Part shown: piece after piece, positions 29,325-38,625 of the stretch
How the letters are laid out: every line of letters starts with the position of its first letter
Position numbering within the stretch: position 1 is the first letter of the stretch
Origin: Deinococcales bacterium
GTDB lineage: Bacteria; Deinococcota; Deinococci; Deinococcales; JAAFIG01
DNA: 64,000 bases
Assembly (NCBI GenBank): GCA_043778225.1
Contig: JAYWGM010000015.1
Coordinates: 1-64,000, forward strand
Direction: 5' to 3'
Position numbers and translations under genes: made by a program
Notes under the pieces: model-generated
What the model was told of the DNA's origin: nothing
What the model saw: the letters and a program-made list of their open reading frames with translations, nothing else
Databases searched by the model: none

Positions 29325-32033
29325 TTAATACTGTGCCATTGGCAACAAGTCATCACGTGGAATGATAAAGCTACCTTGGGTTGTGCCTTGTGGTGCAAAT
29401 TTCTCGAGTTCACGTTGCAGGGTTTTAGCATCCATTTTACCCTCAAGCGCCTTGCGGTATGCCCGAACTGTAGCTTGCAGCGCCTCGGGGCTTTCTTGAA
29501 CAAATTCAAGGCGATAATGTCCAATTCCAGCCTTGACCCAAGTCTCGAGAAAACGCCCACCGCTTTGCGCTCGAGCCTCAAAAACCGTGTTGCGGCAACC
29601 GACATCCGCCATCACAGGATGCTCAAAGCCATTGTGGTCACGAAGTGCAATGCTGTGCGTTTCGCAAGGATGCCCACAATTGGTGTGGTCAGTGCCACTA
29701 CTCATGAACCGACAAAATACGCAGTGTTCGGTGTGAAACACGGGAAGATGATGATGCAAAATAACCTCGAGTTTACTTGCATCCACTTTTTTTGCCAACT
29801 CGAGAATCTGCGCGGCATTCAGGTCATGAGTCGGTGCAAGTCGAGACAAACCCATCTCGAGAAGATGCGATGCTGTCAGCGCATTAGCAGCATTCAGACT
29901 AAAATCGCCAAGTAGCTCTGGGCGTTTATTCGTCTCGAGCAGTGTATGCAGCAGCCCAAGCGGACGTACCAAAATCGCATCCACAGGCAAAGAGAGCAAG
30001 AAGGTGTGTATCCGCTCCTCGGCGGGTTTTAAGACCCGAGGACTGGCAACCACAGCCCGAATTCCAGACTCGAGGATTCGTTCGACGCTAGGACGCAAAC
30101 CGTATAACTCGAGGTAATCCAGTACAATTTCGTTCGGACGGGTTTCAATGGCAGCCTCGAGTTGCTCGGGTTTCCTGACGAGGACTGAAAGGAACGGAGC
30201 GGGTAAACTCCCCCCAGCGCTTCGCGCTGACCCCCTGTCTTGCCCCAGAAGCAGCACCTGTCTTGCACTTGGAGCAGCACCTTCGGGCTTTGTGCGCTTC
30301 GGGCTTTGGGCGCTCGTTGAGGAGGTTTTTGGCAATACATTTTTGTTAATGGTTCGGTGTGGTACTTCTCGGCGTAACTCGAGGAGCTTATCCACGGCTT
30401 CACGACGGGCTTTTCCTAGGCTCGAGAGTGGTAGAAAACACCCATCCTCGAGGTCTACTTCCAAGGTCTCGAGGTAGAACGGAGTCTCACCAAGTTTACC
30501 GAGTTCAACTTCGAGCGCTCGAGCATCCAAGGCGCGGCGCTCGGCGGGTTTTAGGACATCTTCAGTTTGGCTGGTGGCGGTATGTCCAACATCATCGGTC
30601 ACGGTTAGCTCGAGCGGCGCACCCATTTTACCGATTACTTTCCACTGCACAGGTTTTCTCGAGACTGCTTTGGTGGCTTGGGTAAACCCACGAAGTTCTC
30701 GTTCGATACTTGGGTCGTTTGAACGCCAAACCCAATCGCCTCGTTCAATATTCTCGAGTCGCACTGCCTTATTACCAAATCGGAGTTCGACTTCGTGCAG
30801 TCCACGTGAATCCTCGAGTCGTACCGAACCGCGCCTTGTGTATTCAAAAACTTCAAAAACCGCGCCGCCTTCTTCTCGGTTCTGCGGACTTTGGCGTTGT
30901 GCCGCATCAAAAACCAGTCCATCGCCTGGTTTAATCACGCCCACACCACCCAGCGCGTACTCTCCCTCGAGTTCAACCAGCACGGCTGTTCTCGAGACAT
31001 CCACCACTGTTCCAACTTTTGTTCCTCGATGACGTGGCGCTCGACCATGCACCACCGTCTGATGATTCACACCCTGCATAAACGCTGGCAGCAAGCCTCT
31101 CGAGTACACGCCCTCGAGCAAAAATTTAGTTTCCCGTAGGGGCGAATCTTGTATTCGCCCTGCCCCATTCACGCCCTGTGTTCGCCCTGCCCCGTCCACG
31201 CCATGTTCATTCCAAGCCGAGTCTATCGCCAACCGATACGCATTGGTTGCGGCTGCCACGTACTCGGCATCTTTGTAACGCCCTTCAATTTTGAGGCAAT
31301 CCACCCCAATCCGAATTAATTCTGGAATCTGCTCGAGGGCAAATAAATCTTGTGGCGACAGTAAATACCGAAACTCGCCAAGGTCGCGCTGCAAACCATC
31401 CACCATCAGGTCATAGGGCATTCGGCAAGCCTGAGCGCACGCGCCGCGATTTGCGCTGCGTCCGCCCCAGGCTTCGGAACTAAAGCATTGCCCAGAGTAC
31501 GAAACGCAGAGCGCTCCGTGAACAAAAACCTCGAGTTCAAGGTCAGTGGCTTTTTTAATCAGTTCAATGTCTTTGAGGCTCAGTTCTCGAGCCAGCACCG
31601 CCCTCGAGACTCCAAGGCTGCGGGCGAGTTCTGCGCCTTCAGCACTGGTGATGGTCATTTGGGTACTGGCATGAATGGGGAGTTCAGGGGCTATCTGGTG
31701 GGCTAATCGAATCGCGCCAATATCTTGCACAATAATTGCATCTGCACCAGATTCGGCTATTCCCTCAATCTCTTCTACGAACACCTCGAGTTCCGAGTCA
31801 AAGACCAAGGTATTGACTGCTACAAATGCCATCACACCACGTTCATGCAGCATTGCCACGACATCTGACAAGTTTTCGTGGTTAAAGCTCATGGCTTTGG
31901 CTCGAGCATTAAAGCCTTCTAAGCCAAAGTAGACCGCATCTGCACCTGCTTCTATGGCGGCGTGCAATTGCGGCATTCCGCCGGCTGGACTCATCAGTTC
32001 AGGTTTACGGGGTACTCGAGACATAAACGGCAT
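29325..32033 (-). CDS. U32-family peptidase-like protein, long form (RlhA-like RNA hydroxylase family)
   Basis: ELMSPAG, HASTQM, EVFVHGALCVSYSGQC, NRGACAQACR, KIEGR, second C-terminal U32 repeat. Confidence 0.9.
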   Translation of the reverse strand: MPFMSRVPRKPELMSPAGGMPQLHAAIEAGADAVYFGLEGFNARAKAMSFNHENLSDVVAMLHERGVMAFVAVNTLVFDSELEVFVEEIEGIAESGADAIIVQDIGAIRLAHQIAPELPIHASTQMTITSAEGAELARSLGVSRAVLARELSLKDIELIKKATDLELEVFVHGALCVSYSGQCFSSEAWGGRSANRGACAQACRMPYDLMVDGLQRDLGEFRYLLSPQDLFALEQIPELIRIGVDCLKIEGRYKDAEYVAAATNAYRLAIDSAWNEHGVDGAGRTQGVNGAGRIQDSPLRETKFLLEGVYSRGLLPAFMQGVNHQTVVHGRAPRHRGTKVGTVVDVSRTAVLVELEGEYALGGVGVIKPGDGLVFDAAQRQSPQNREEGGAVFEVFEYTRRGSVRLEDSRGLHEVELRFGNKAVRLENIERGDWVWRSNDPSIERELRGFTQATKAVSRKPVQWKVIGKMGAPLELTVTDDVGHTATSQTEDVLKPAERRALDARALEVELGKLGETPFYLETLEVDLEDGCFLPLSSLGKARREAVDKLLELRREVPHRTINKNVLPKTSSTSAQSPKRTKPEGAAPSARQVLLLGQDRGSARSAGGSLPAPFLSVLVRKPEQLEAAIETRPNEIVLDYLELYGLRPSVERILESGIRAVVASPRVLKPAEERIHTFLLSLPVDAILVRPLGLLHTLLETNKRPELLGDFSLNAANALTASHLLEMGLSRLAPTHDLNAAQILELAKKVDASKLEVILHHHLPVFHTEHCVFCRFMSSGTDHTNCGHPCETHSIALRDHNGFEHPVMADVGCRNTVFEARAQSGGRFLETWVKAGIGHYRLEFVQESPEALQATVRAYRKALEGKMDAKTLQRELEKFAPQGTTQGSFIIPRDDLLPMAQY
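30235..30312 (-). mobile_element. Nested pair of 39-bp mini-elements, in frame in the U32 gene (inner copy 30258..30296)
   Basis: Minus strand: CGCCCAAAGCCCGAAG[CGCACAAAGCCCGAAGGTGCTGCTCCAAGTGCAAGACAG]GTGCTGCTTCTGGGGCAAGACAG. Confidence 0.82.
31136..31205 (+). repeat. GTAG-type REP plus 27-bp tandem duplication, in frame in the U32 gene
   Basis: GTAG-GGGCGAAT-CTTGT-ATTCGCCC hairpin; encodes GVDGAGRTQ-GVNGAGRIQ-DSPLR on the minus strand. Confidence 0.75.
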
Positions 32034-32078
32034 TGTCTCATGAATCGGTGAGAGGTTAAGCGTGTAAACTGGGAATAG

Positions 32079-33170
32079 ATGACAACGTTTCTAAAAAGCA
32101 TTCAGATTGAGGGCTTTAAGTCTATCCGTTCGAGTACCCTCGAGTTACGACCTTTGAATGTGCTGATTGGGGCGAATGGGGCTGGGAAATCCAATTTTAT
32201 TTCGTTTTTTAAGATGCTTAACCAAATTGCAAATGGCGAATTTGCATTCTGGGTTCAAAAATCAGGTGGAGCAAGCAGTTTGTTACACATGGGAACTAAA
32301 GTTACAAGCAAAATTTCGGCTTTGCTGACGTACCAAATAGACGAGGCGGAGTTGAATTATCGTTTTGAGATTGACCATGTTCTTGCAGGTGATGGATTCA
32401 TTTTTGAGGACGAGCATTCTTGGTATAAAACCCAAGAGCGACCATACATAATGGCTACTTCAACAGAATCGCGTTTGCTTAATGCTGCTCTGAGTAACGA
32501 CCAAGCTGGATTACAAATTCGTAAGCTATTGCTCGAGAATCGTCCTTATCAATTCCATGATACTAGCGATACTGCGTATATGAAGCTAACAGGGACATTA
32601 GATGATGATGTTTTTCTAAAGTCAGATGCTGGGAATCTGGCTGCGGTACTGTTTCGCTTGAAGAGTTTTCACCCAAAACATTACCAAAAGATTCTAAGAA
32701 CAATCCAACTGAGCGCACCTTACTTTAAGGATTTTGTACTCGAGCCGAATGGACGAAATATTCGGCTTCGTTACCTCGAGTTTGGTTCGGAAACTGTTTA
32801 TGGTGCGTATCAGCTTTCTGATGGAACATTGCGACTCATGGCACTTTTGACATTGCTTTTGCAACCATTAGAATCCTTACCAAGCACCATTTTAATAGAT
32901 GAACCCGAACTTGGCTTACATCCTCATGCCCTCGAGACAGTGCTTTCAGTGATGAGAAGTGTTGGTGGTGAGAAACAAATTATTATTGCAACTCAATCTG
33001 TTTCGATTGTGGATCGGCTCGAGCCAGAGGATATTATTGTTGCCCAACGCCATGGTTCTGAAACTCAGTTTACTCGTCTTGATGCGACCAGACTTGAATC
33101 TTGGCTCGAGGAATACAGCCTTGGCGAACTCTGGGAGAAAAATGTTCTGGGTGGGAGACCATCTCGATGA
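32079..33170 (+). CDS. ABC-type (AAA_21-like) ATPase
   Basis: GANGAGKS, LSDGT signature, IDEPELGLHP, ATQS. Confidence 0.9.
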   Translation: MTTFLKSIQIEGFKSIRSSTLELRPLNVLIGANGAGKSNFISFFKMLNQIANGEFAFWVQKSGGASSLLHMGTKVTSKISALLTYQIDEAELNYRFEIDHVLAGDGFIFEDEHSWYKTQERPYIMATSTESRLLNAALSNDQAGLQIRKLLLENRPYQFHDTSDTAYMKLTGTLDDDVFLKSDAGNLAAVLFRLKSFHPKHYQKILRTIQLSAPYFKDFVLEPNGRNIRLRYLEFGSETVYGAYQLSDGTLRLMALLTLLLQPLESLPSTILIDEPELGLHPHALETVLSVMRSVGGEKQIIIATQSVSIVDRLEPEDIIVAQRHGSETQFTRLDATRLESWLEEYSLGELWEKNVLGGRPSR

Positions 33171-33865
33171 AACGCTTAAACATTTTGACGGAAGGTCAGA
33201 CTGAAGAAAAATTTGTCTGGGATTTACTTGCGCCGCATTTGGCAAACTTTGAAATCGTGGTCAATGCACGTTGCATCATTACTGGAAAAACACGTCCGTT
33301 TCAGGCAAATGGCAATCGTCAAAACAAACTTCACAAAGGCGGTCTGATAGATTTTCCGCAAGTGTCAAGAGACTTACAACGTTGGCGCAATGAAGATCCA
33401 CAAGCCACGCTGACCACAATGTTTGATTTATATGCCCTACCTGACGATTTTCCCTTGTACCAACAAAGTATAAACCAACCTCCTTCAGTAAGGGTTGAAT
33501 CACTTGAGCAAGCATTTTTAGACGAGCTTGGATTATCAAATTTCGTTCCGTATATTCAACTGCATGAATTTGAAGCCCTCTTATTTTCGGATATTCAAAC
33601 CCTTAATACCATCGTTGCTAGAGATTCAAAATACCCCGAGCAAACGTTGCGGCAACTACAAGAAATCAGTCAATCGTTTGAAAATCCAGAACTGATCAAT
33701 GACTCACCGATAACTGCTCCCTCAAAACGCCTCTACTCAATTTTTAGCGAAAAATATCAAAAGACTTCCGAAGGAAATGATGTGGCGATTCTAATCGGCT
33801 TAGAAAAAATCCGCGCCCAATGCCCACATTTTAATGCGTGGGTCACGAAGCTCGAGAATATCTAA
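33167..33865 (+). CDS. DUF4276-family (TOPRIM-like) protein
   Basis: ATGA overlap with the ATPase; [36 protein letters not shown]. Confidence 0.8.
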   Translation: MKRLNILTEGQTEEKFVWDLLAPHLANFEIVVNARCIITGKTRPFQANGNRQNKLHKGGLIDFPQVSRDLQRWRNEDPQATLTTMFDLYALPDDFPLYQQSINQPPSVRVESLEQAFLDELGLSNFVPYIQLHEFEALLFSDIQTLNTIVARDSKYPEQTLRQLQEISQSFENPELINDSPITAPSKRLYSIFSEKYQKTSEGNDVAILIGLEKIRAQCPHFNAWVTKLENI

Positions 33866-34818
33866 GCCAATTCTTCAAATACCCCGAGTTTACGAAACCG
33901 CTCGGCTCGAGATTCCAGCAATGCCGTATGGCTCATCCCGTTCATCTGCTCGAGATGATTTAACAACGCTTTTTTAAGTTCTTCACTCGAGCCTACAGGG
34001 TCGTTATGCGCCCCGCCTTTGGGTTCTGGAATCACCTCGTCCACAATACTGAACTGCTCGAGGTCACGCGCTGTTAAACGCAGTGCCTCGGCTGCTTTCG
34101 AGGCTTCTTTGGCATCACGCCAAACAATTGCAGCACAAGATTCTGGACTAATCACACTGTAAACCGCATTCTCGAGAATTAACACGCGGTTGCCGACCGC
34201 AATTGCCAGCGCTCCGCCGCTACCGCCCTCGCCGATGATGACACTAATTACTGGCACGCGAAGCCGAGTCATTTTTTGGATACTTTGTGCAATCAACCAA
34301 GCCTGTCCGCGTTCCTCAGCCGCAATTCCGGGGTATGCCCCGGGGGTATCCACCAAGGTAATTAAAGGCAGCCCAAACTTATCTGCCATGTCCATCAAGC
34401 GCATGGCTTTACGAAACCCTTCTGGGTGCGCCATACCAAAATTCCGTGCAATGTTCTCCTTGGTATCGCGTCCTTTTTGCTGCCCAATCAGCACCACCGC
34501 CCGACCCTCGAGCCGCGCAAGTCCACCAACTATCGCAGAATCCTCGCCGTAAGCCCGATCTCCGTGCAATTCCTGAAAATCCGTGAAAATCCGCCCAATA
34601 AAATCCAATGCCGTCGGACGACCCGGTGCTCGAGCCAACTGCACCCGTTGCCAACGCGATAACTTCTCGTAAGTCTCCGAACGAAGCCGTTCAAGGCGCT
34701 TCTCGAGCAGCGCCAATTCCTCGCTCATGTCAACATTGCTGCTGCTGCCATATGCCTTTAACTCCTCAATTCGAGTCTCGAGGTCAACAATAGGTTTTTC
34801 AAATTCAAGTGCTGGCAT
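33862..34818 (-). CDS. accA: Acetyl-CoA carboxylase carboxyltransferase alpha
   Basis: [29 protein letters not shown]. Confidence 0.97.
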   Translation of the reverse strand: MPALEFEKPIVDLETRIEELKAYGSSSNVDMSEELALLEKRLERLRSETYEKLSRWQRVQLARAPGRPTALDFIGRIFTDFQELHGDRAYGEDSAIVGGLARLEGRAVVLIGQQKGRDTKENIARNFGMAHPEGFRKAMRLMDMADKFGLPLITLVDTPGAYPGIAAEERGQAWLIAQSIQKMTRLRVPVISVIIGEGGSGGALAIAVGNRVLILENAVYSVISPESCAAIVWRDAKEASKAAEALRLTARDLEQFSIVDEVIPEPKGGAHNDPVGSSEELKKALLNHLEQMNGMSHTALLESRAERFRKLGVFEELA

Positions 34819-34885
34819 AAAAACTCCAAGGTGAAAGGGGAAAAAGGGAAAAAGGGAAGAAGGAATGTGGTCCTAAACTTTTAAC

Positions 34886-34963
34886 CTTTCTTGACCCCAA
34901 AGATGCACCTGTCTTGAACCAATACACGCACCTCACGGGCAGGTTCGCTTGTGGGCTGGGTTG
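34886..34963 (-). mobile_element. Nested pair of 39-bp mini-elements between accD and accA (inner copy 34909..34947)
   Basis: Minus strand: CAACCCAGCCCACAAG[CGAACCTGCCCGTGAGGTGCGTGTATTGGTTCAAGACAG]GTGCATCTTTGGGGTCAAGAAAG, within heptamer repeats at about 34826..34990. Confidence 0.85.
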
Positions 34964-34989
34964 CTTTTGACCCTTTAACCCTTTCACCT

Positions 34990-35916
34990 TCATTTCCTTC
35001 TCCCAAACAAACCCGTCCGAGGTGGTGGCGGGACTTTAATCTCGAGGGTTGAGACTTCTGGTTTTGGTTGGTTTCTCAGTGCAGCGATTAAATTGGCGAG
35101 GGTTTCACGGTGTTGCCTTCTGTCTACCACCATGTCAATAAAACCTTTTTTCTCATAGAATTCTGAGCGTTGAAAACCATCGGGTAAACTCTGACGAACG
35201 GTTTGTTCAATCACGCGCTGACCTGCAAATCCAATTAGAGCATCGGGTTCACCAATAATTACATCGCCGATGGCAGCAAAACTGGCTGCCACACCGCCCG
35301 TGGTTGGGTCGGCAAGCACCGTGATGTACGGCAGCCCTTTAACGCTCAGTTGCTCGAGGGCAAAAGTGGTTTTTGCCATTTGCATCAGGCTTAACGCACC
35401 TTCCATCATCCGAGCGCCACCCGAAGCCGTGACCAAAATCATGCTGCGGTCTTCCTTGGTCGCCAGTTCTATGGCTCTGGTAATTTCCTCGCCTTCGCTG
35501 CTGCCCATGCTGCCGCCAGCAAATTCAAAATCCATGACACAAATCACAATAGGCAAACCCGCCAAGCTGCCACGCCCAGCGTAAATTGCTGATTCACGAC
35601 CCGTTTTCTTACGCGCCCGCTCGAGTTTTGCGACATAAGTATCGGTATCCACAAATTCAAGTGGGTCTTTGGCTTTGATTTTTCCACTGGTGACTTGGAA
35701 CGTACCCGCATCCAGCAGCCCTTCAACGCGGCGCTTGACTGGAATTCGGTGATGGTAGCCACACTTTGGGCAAACCCGCAAATTCTGCTCGAGTTCTTTG
35801 TTGTAGACCTGAGCGTTGCACTTTGGACATTTACCCCACAAATCGGGCAAATCATCATTAACCGTATTTTCTTTTAGTTGCGGAGGTCGCCGCCGAAAAA
35901 AACGCTCGAGGGTCAT
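34990..35916 (-). CDS. accD: Acetyl-CoA carboxylase carboxyltransferase beta
   Basis: LWGKCPKC...CPKC zinc ribbon, GGSMGS, SGGARMMEG, PTTGGV, IGFAG. Confidence 0.97.
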   Translation of the reverse strand: MTLERFFRRRPPQLKENTVNDDLPDLWGKCPKCNAQVYNKELEQNLRVCPKCGYHHRIPVKRRVEGLLDAGTFQVTSGKIKAKDPLEFVDTDTYVAKLERARKKTGRESAIYAGRGSLAGLPIVICVMDFEFAGGSMGSSEGEEITRAIELATKEDRSMILVTASGGARMMEGALSLMQMAKTTFALEQLSVKGLPYITVLADPTTGGVAASFAAIGDVIIGEPDALIGFAGQRVIEQTVRQSLPDGFQRSEFYEKKGFIDMVVDRRQHRETLANLIAALRNQPKPEVSTLEIKVPPPPRTGLFGRRK

Positions 35917-36102
35917 AAGGTCACTCGGCTCGAGGGTACAAGAATCGCTTTCACAATTTTATTCTACAATCTAAACCACATGAGTTGCTTGGACTGTGTT
36001 CAAAAAGAATGGAATCGAGAGGTGGACAGCCAATTTCTGGCTCCGCAGATTTGATTTAAGGCTCAAGGTTAGTGTACGACACAAACAAGGTTTTCGTTCC
36101 CG

Positions 36103-36393
36103 TTAATGCACTCGAGTAACGAATACGTTTTCCATTCGAGCAATCAGTCGTGCTGGGTCGGGCTGCATGGTTTTTCGTTCAGGCGAATCAAAATAGGCTT
36201 GGTCGGCGCTTTCCCAGTTCTCACCTTCAAACGCCATCAGCCACACAAATTGATTGGTGCTGGGAATGGTGTACGCCTCGAGTACCTTAAAGCCCTGTTT
36301 TTCTCGCAATGGCACAAGTTGAGTCCGCCACTCTTCTGTCCATTCCGAAAGCGCACCTTTGTTAATTGTGTAAGTACGAAGTTGCAGTTTCAT
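36103..36393 (-). CDS. NIPSNAP family protein
   Basis: QLRTYTI...FVWL pattern; 96 aa; ATGA-coupled to the aldo/keto reductase. Confidence 0.8.
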   Translation of the reverse strand: MKLQLRTYTINKGALSEWTEEWRTQLVPLREKQGFKVLEAYTIPSTNQFVWLMAFEGENWESADQAYFDSPERKTMQPDPARLIARMENVFVTRVH

Positions 36394-37373
36394 TGATGTC
36401 CTGAAATACCATGAGGTTCGTAAGCCCGCTCGAGTTGCTGTATTTCCTCAGGGCTGAGTTTGAATTCCACAGCAGCCAGCGCATCCTCGAGATGCTGCAT
36501 TTTGCTCGCACCGATTATCGGCGCACTTACAAAAGGCTTTCCTAGCATCCAAGCCAGTGCAACCGTGGCAGCAGGGACTTCTCGAGCCAAAGCAAGGGCA
36601 TTTAGGTTCTCGATCACTGCCCAGTCACTCGAGTGGGTGTACAGCGCATCGCTAATCGAATCGGTTTCGGCGCGTTTGGTTAATTTCTGACCATCCTTGC
36701 TGCGGTTTCCAGCCAGCATTCCTCGAGCCAATGGACTCCAAGGAATTACGCCAACCCCCATATCCAAGCACTGCGGCATCATTTCGCGTTCTTCTTCGCG
36801 GTAAATCAGGTTGTAATGATTCTGCATCGAAATAAATTTGGTCAAGCCGTGCAATTGTGCTACACCTTGCGCTTTGGCAAATTGCCAAGCGTACATACTC
36901 GAAGCACCAAGATACCGCACTCGCCCTGAACGTACTAGGTCATGCAGTGCCTGCATGGTTTCTTCGATAGGCGTGTTGTTATCCCACCGATGAATTTGAT
37001 ACAAGTCTAAGTAATCCGTACCGAGGCGCTTTAAGCTGGCATCCACGGCTTCAAAAATGTGTTTCCTCGAGAGACCTTGCTGGTTTGGGGCAGATTCGCC
37101 AACACCAAAAAAGACTTTACTGGCAAGCACGTACTCTTCGCGTTTGGCAAATTTCTTGAGTAAAATCCCCGTGTATTCCTCCGAAGTCCCCCTCGAGTAG
37201 GCATTGGCGGTGTCAAAAAAATTGATTCCAGCCTCAAAAGCTCGACGCACAAACGGTTCGGAATCCGTTAGATTAAGCGCCCACGGACGGAACTGCGGGT
37301 CGCCGTAAGTCATCATGCCAAGACAGAGTTTTGAGACGCTAAGACCGGAATTTCCAAGGCGCGTATATTGCAT
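36390..37373 (-). CDS. Aldo/keto reductase
   Basis: LCLGMM, FDTANAY, DLYQIHRWD, PWSPLARG. Confidence 0.95.
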   Translation of the reverse strand: MQYTRLGNSGLSVSKLCLGMMTYGDPQFRPWALNLTDSEPFVRRAFEAGINFFDTANAYSRGTSEEYTGILLKKFAKREEYVLASKVFFGVGESAPNQQGLSRKHIFEAVDASLKRLGTDYLDLYQIHRWDNNTPIEETMQALHDLVRSGRVRYLGASSMYAWQFAKAQGVAQLHGLTKFISMQNHYNLIYREEEREMMPQCLDMGVGVIPWSPLARGMLAGNRSKDGQKLTKRAETDSISDALYTHSSDWAVIENLNALALAREVPAATVALAWMLGKPFVSAPIIGASKMQHLEDALAAVEFKLSPEEIQQLERAYEPHGISGHQ

Positions 37374-37442
37374 AAGCATAGTTTAACGTTGCTCGAGTCA
37401 ATGCGCTCGTGGTCTGGGCTACCACCATATCTATTTACGGCT

Positions 37443-38039
37443 TTAGAGCGCAATATGCTCGAGAATACCAAAGATTTTTTCTGGATTTTGGATTGAGTAT
37501 TCTGCACTGTCCACGGTTGCGTTTTTTTGCTCAAGGGCTAAAAACCGCCATTGTATACCTGTCGTGACTACACCATAGATGCGTTCTCGAGGTTTGTTCT
37601 GTTCGATGTTAAATTGCTGTGCGGCAATCATCTCAGCGAGGCATTGCCCAAATCCACCAATAATGTTTTCGTTCTTGGCTTCCACCAAAACACATATTGG
37701 CGCTGTCAAAACCAATTGTTGTGGGTTACTCGAGAGGATGTAATCACAGCGTCCTTTTAAGCCCATGGCTTCGTTGACATTAAATTCTAAACCCGAGAAG
37801 ACACTGACTTTTTGGTGATGCAATAACTTAAATTCAGTTAGAAAGGGTGCAATCAAGAGTTCTGAACGGGCTTTTTCGGTATTTAGGTTCAGTGCCAATG
37901 GCAAGTACCTGTGCAGTAAATCCTCAAGGGTTTTGGGTAACTGAACAGGTATAACATTCTCGAATAAATCCTTATTTTCTTCGATGGTCACACCAAATTT
38001 TTGTTGAACTTCGAGTAACTTAAAATCAGAGTATGCCAT
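37443..38039 (-). CDS. Hypothetical PD-(D/E)XK-like protein
   Basis: G.CDYI...VEAK...GQCLAEM..AQ, YGVVTTG..WRF pattern. Confidence 0.7.
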   Translation of the reverse strand: MAYSDFKLLEVQQKFGVTIEENKDLFENVIPVQLPKTLEDLLHRYLPLALNLNTEKARSELLIAPFLTEFKLLHHQKVSVFSGLEFNVNEAMGLKGRCDYILSSNPQQLVLTAPICVLVEAKNENIIGGFGQCLAEMIAAQQFNIEQNKPRERIYGVVTTGIQWRFLALEQKNATVDSAEYSIQNPEKIFGILEHIAL

Positions 38040-38081
38040 GCGAGGACTATACGCGCTGATGCCATAACCCTTATGATAAAC

Positions 38082-38624
38082 CTATGAGTCTTGTACTTTC
38101 TCGAGCCAGTACAAACTAAGCACATTCGAGCCGTACACACGTTTCTCGAGCCTAAAACCAGTCACTTCGGGCAGTTTAATTTGAATTGGATGTTGTGAAA
38201 TTAGCACACCATCTGGCTCGAGTTTAGCCAATGCCAAGGTTTTAAGCGTGATTTTCTCGAGGTCAGCGGTGTATGGCGGGTCTATAAAAATAATGTCGTA
38301 ACTCGGTGCAGACTCAAGGAATTTTAGAGCATCGGCTTTGATAACTTTAGCTTCAACTTTTAATTCACGACGGTTCTTCTCGAGAATTTCGGTGGCTTTG
38401 GAGTCTTTCTCGACCATTGTCACCAGATATTCTCGAGAAGCCGCCTCGAGTCCAACCGCCCCAGACCCAGCACATAAATCCAACAGGCTCGAGCCAGACC
38501 CAAAATGAACTTCGAGCAAATCAAACAGGCTTTTGCGAACTCGAGCAGGAGTTGGACGGGCAGTCCTGGGAATGTTCAGAGAACGCCCTTTGGCACTGCC
38601 ACCTAGAATGCGAAGGTCTGGCAT
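38082..38624 (-). CDS. rsmD: 16S rRNA m2G966 methyltransferase
   Basis: LRILGG..KGR, RPT..RVRKSLF, DLCAGSG, DPPY. Confidence 0.9.
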   Translation of the reverse strand: MPDLRILGGSAKGRSLNIPRTARPTPARVRKSLFDLLEVHFGSGSSLLDLCAGSGAVGLEAASREYLVTMVEKDSKATEILEKNRRELKVEAKVIKADALKFLESAPSYDIIFIDPPYTADLEKITLKTLALAKLEPDGVLISQHPIQIKLPEVTGFRLEKRVYGSNVLSLYWLEKVQDS

Positions 38625-38625
38625 T

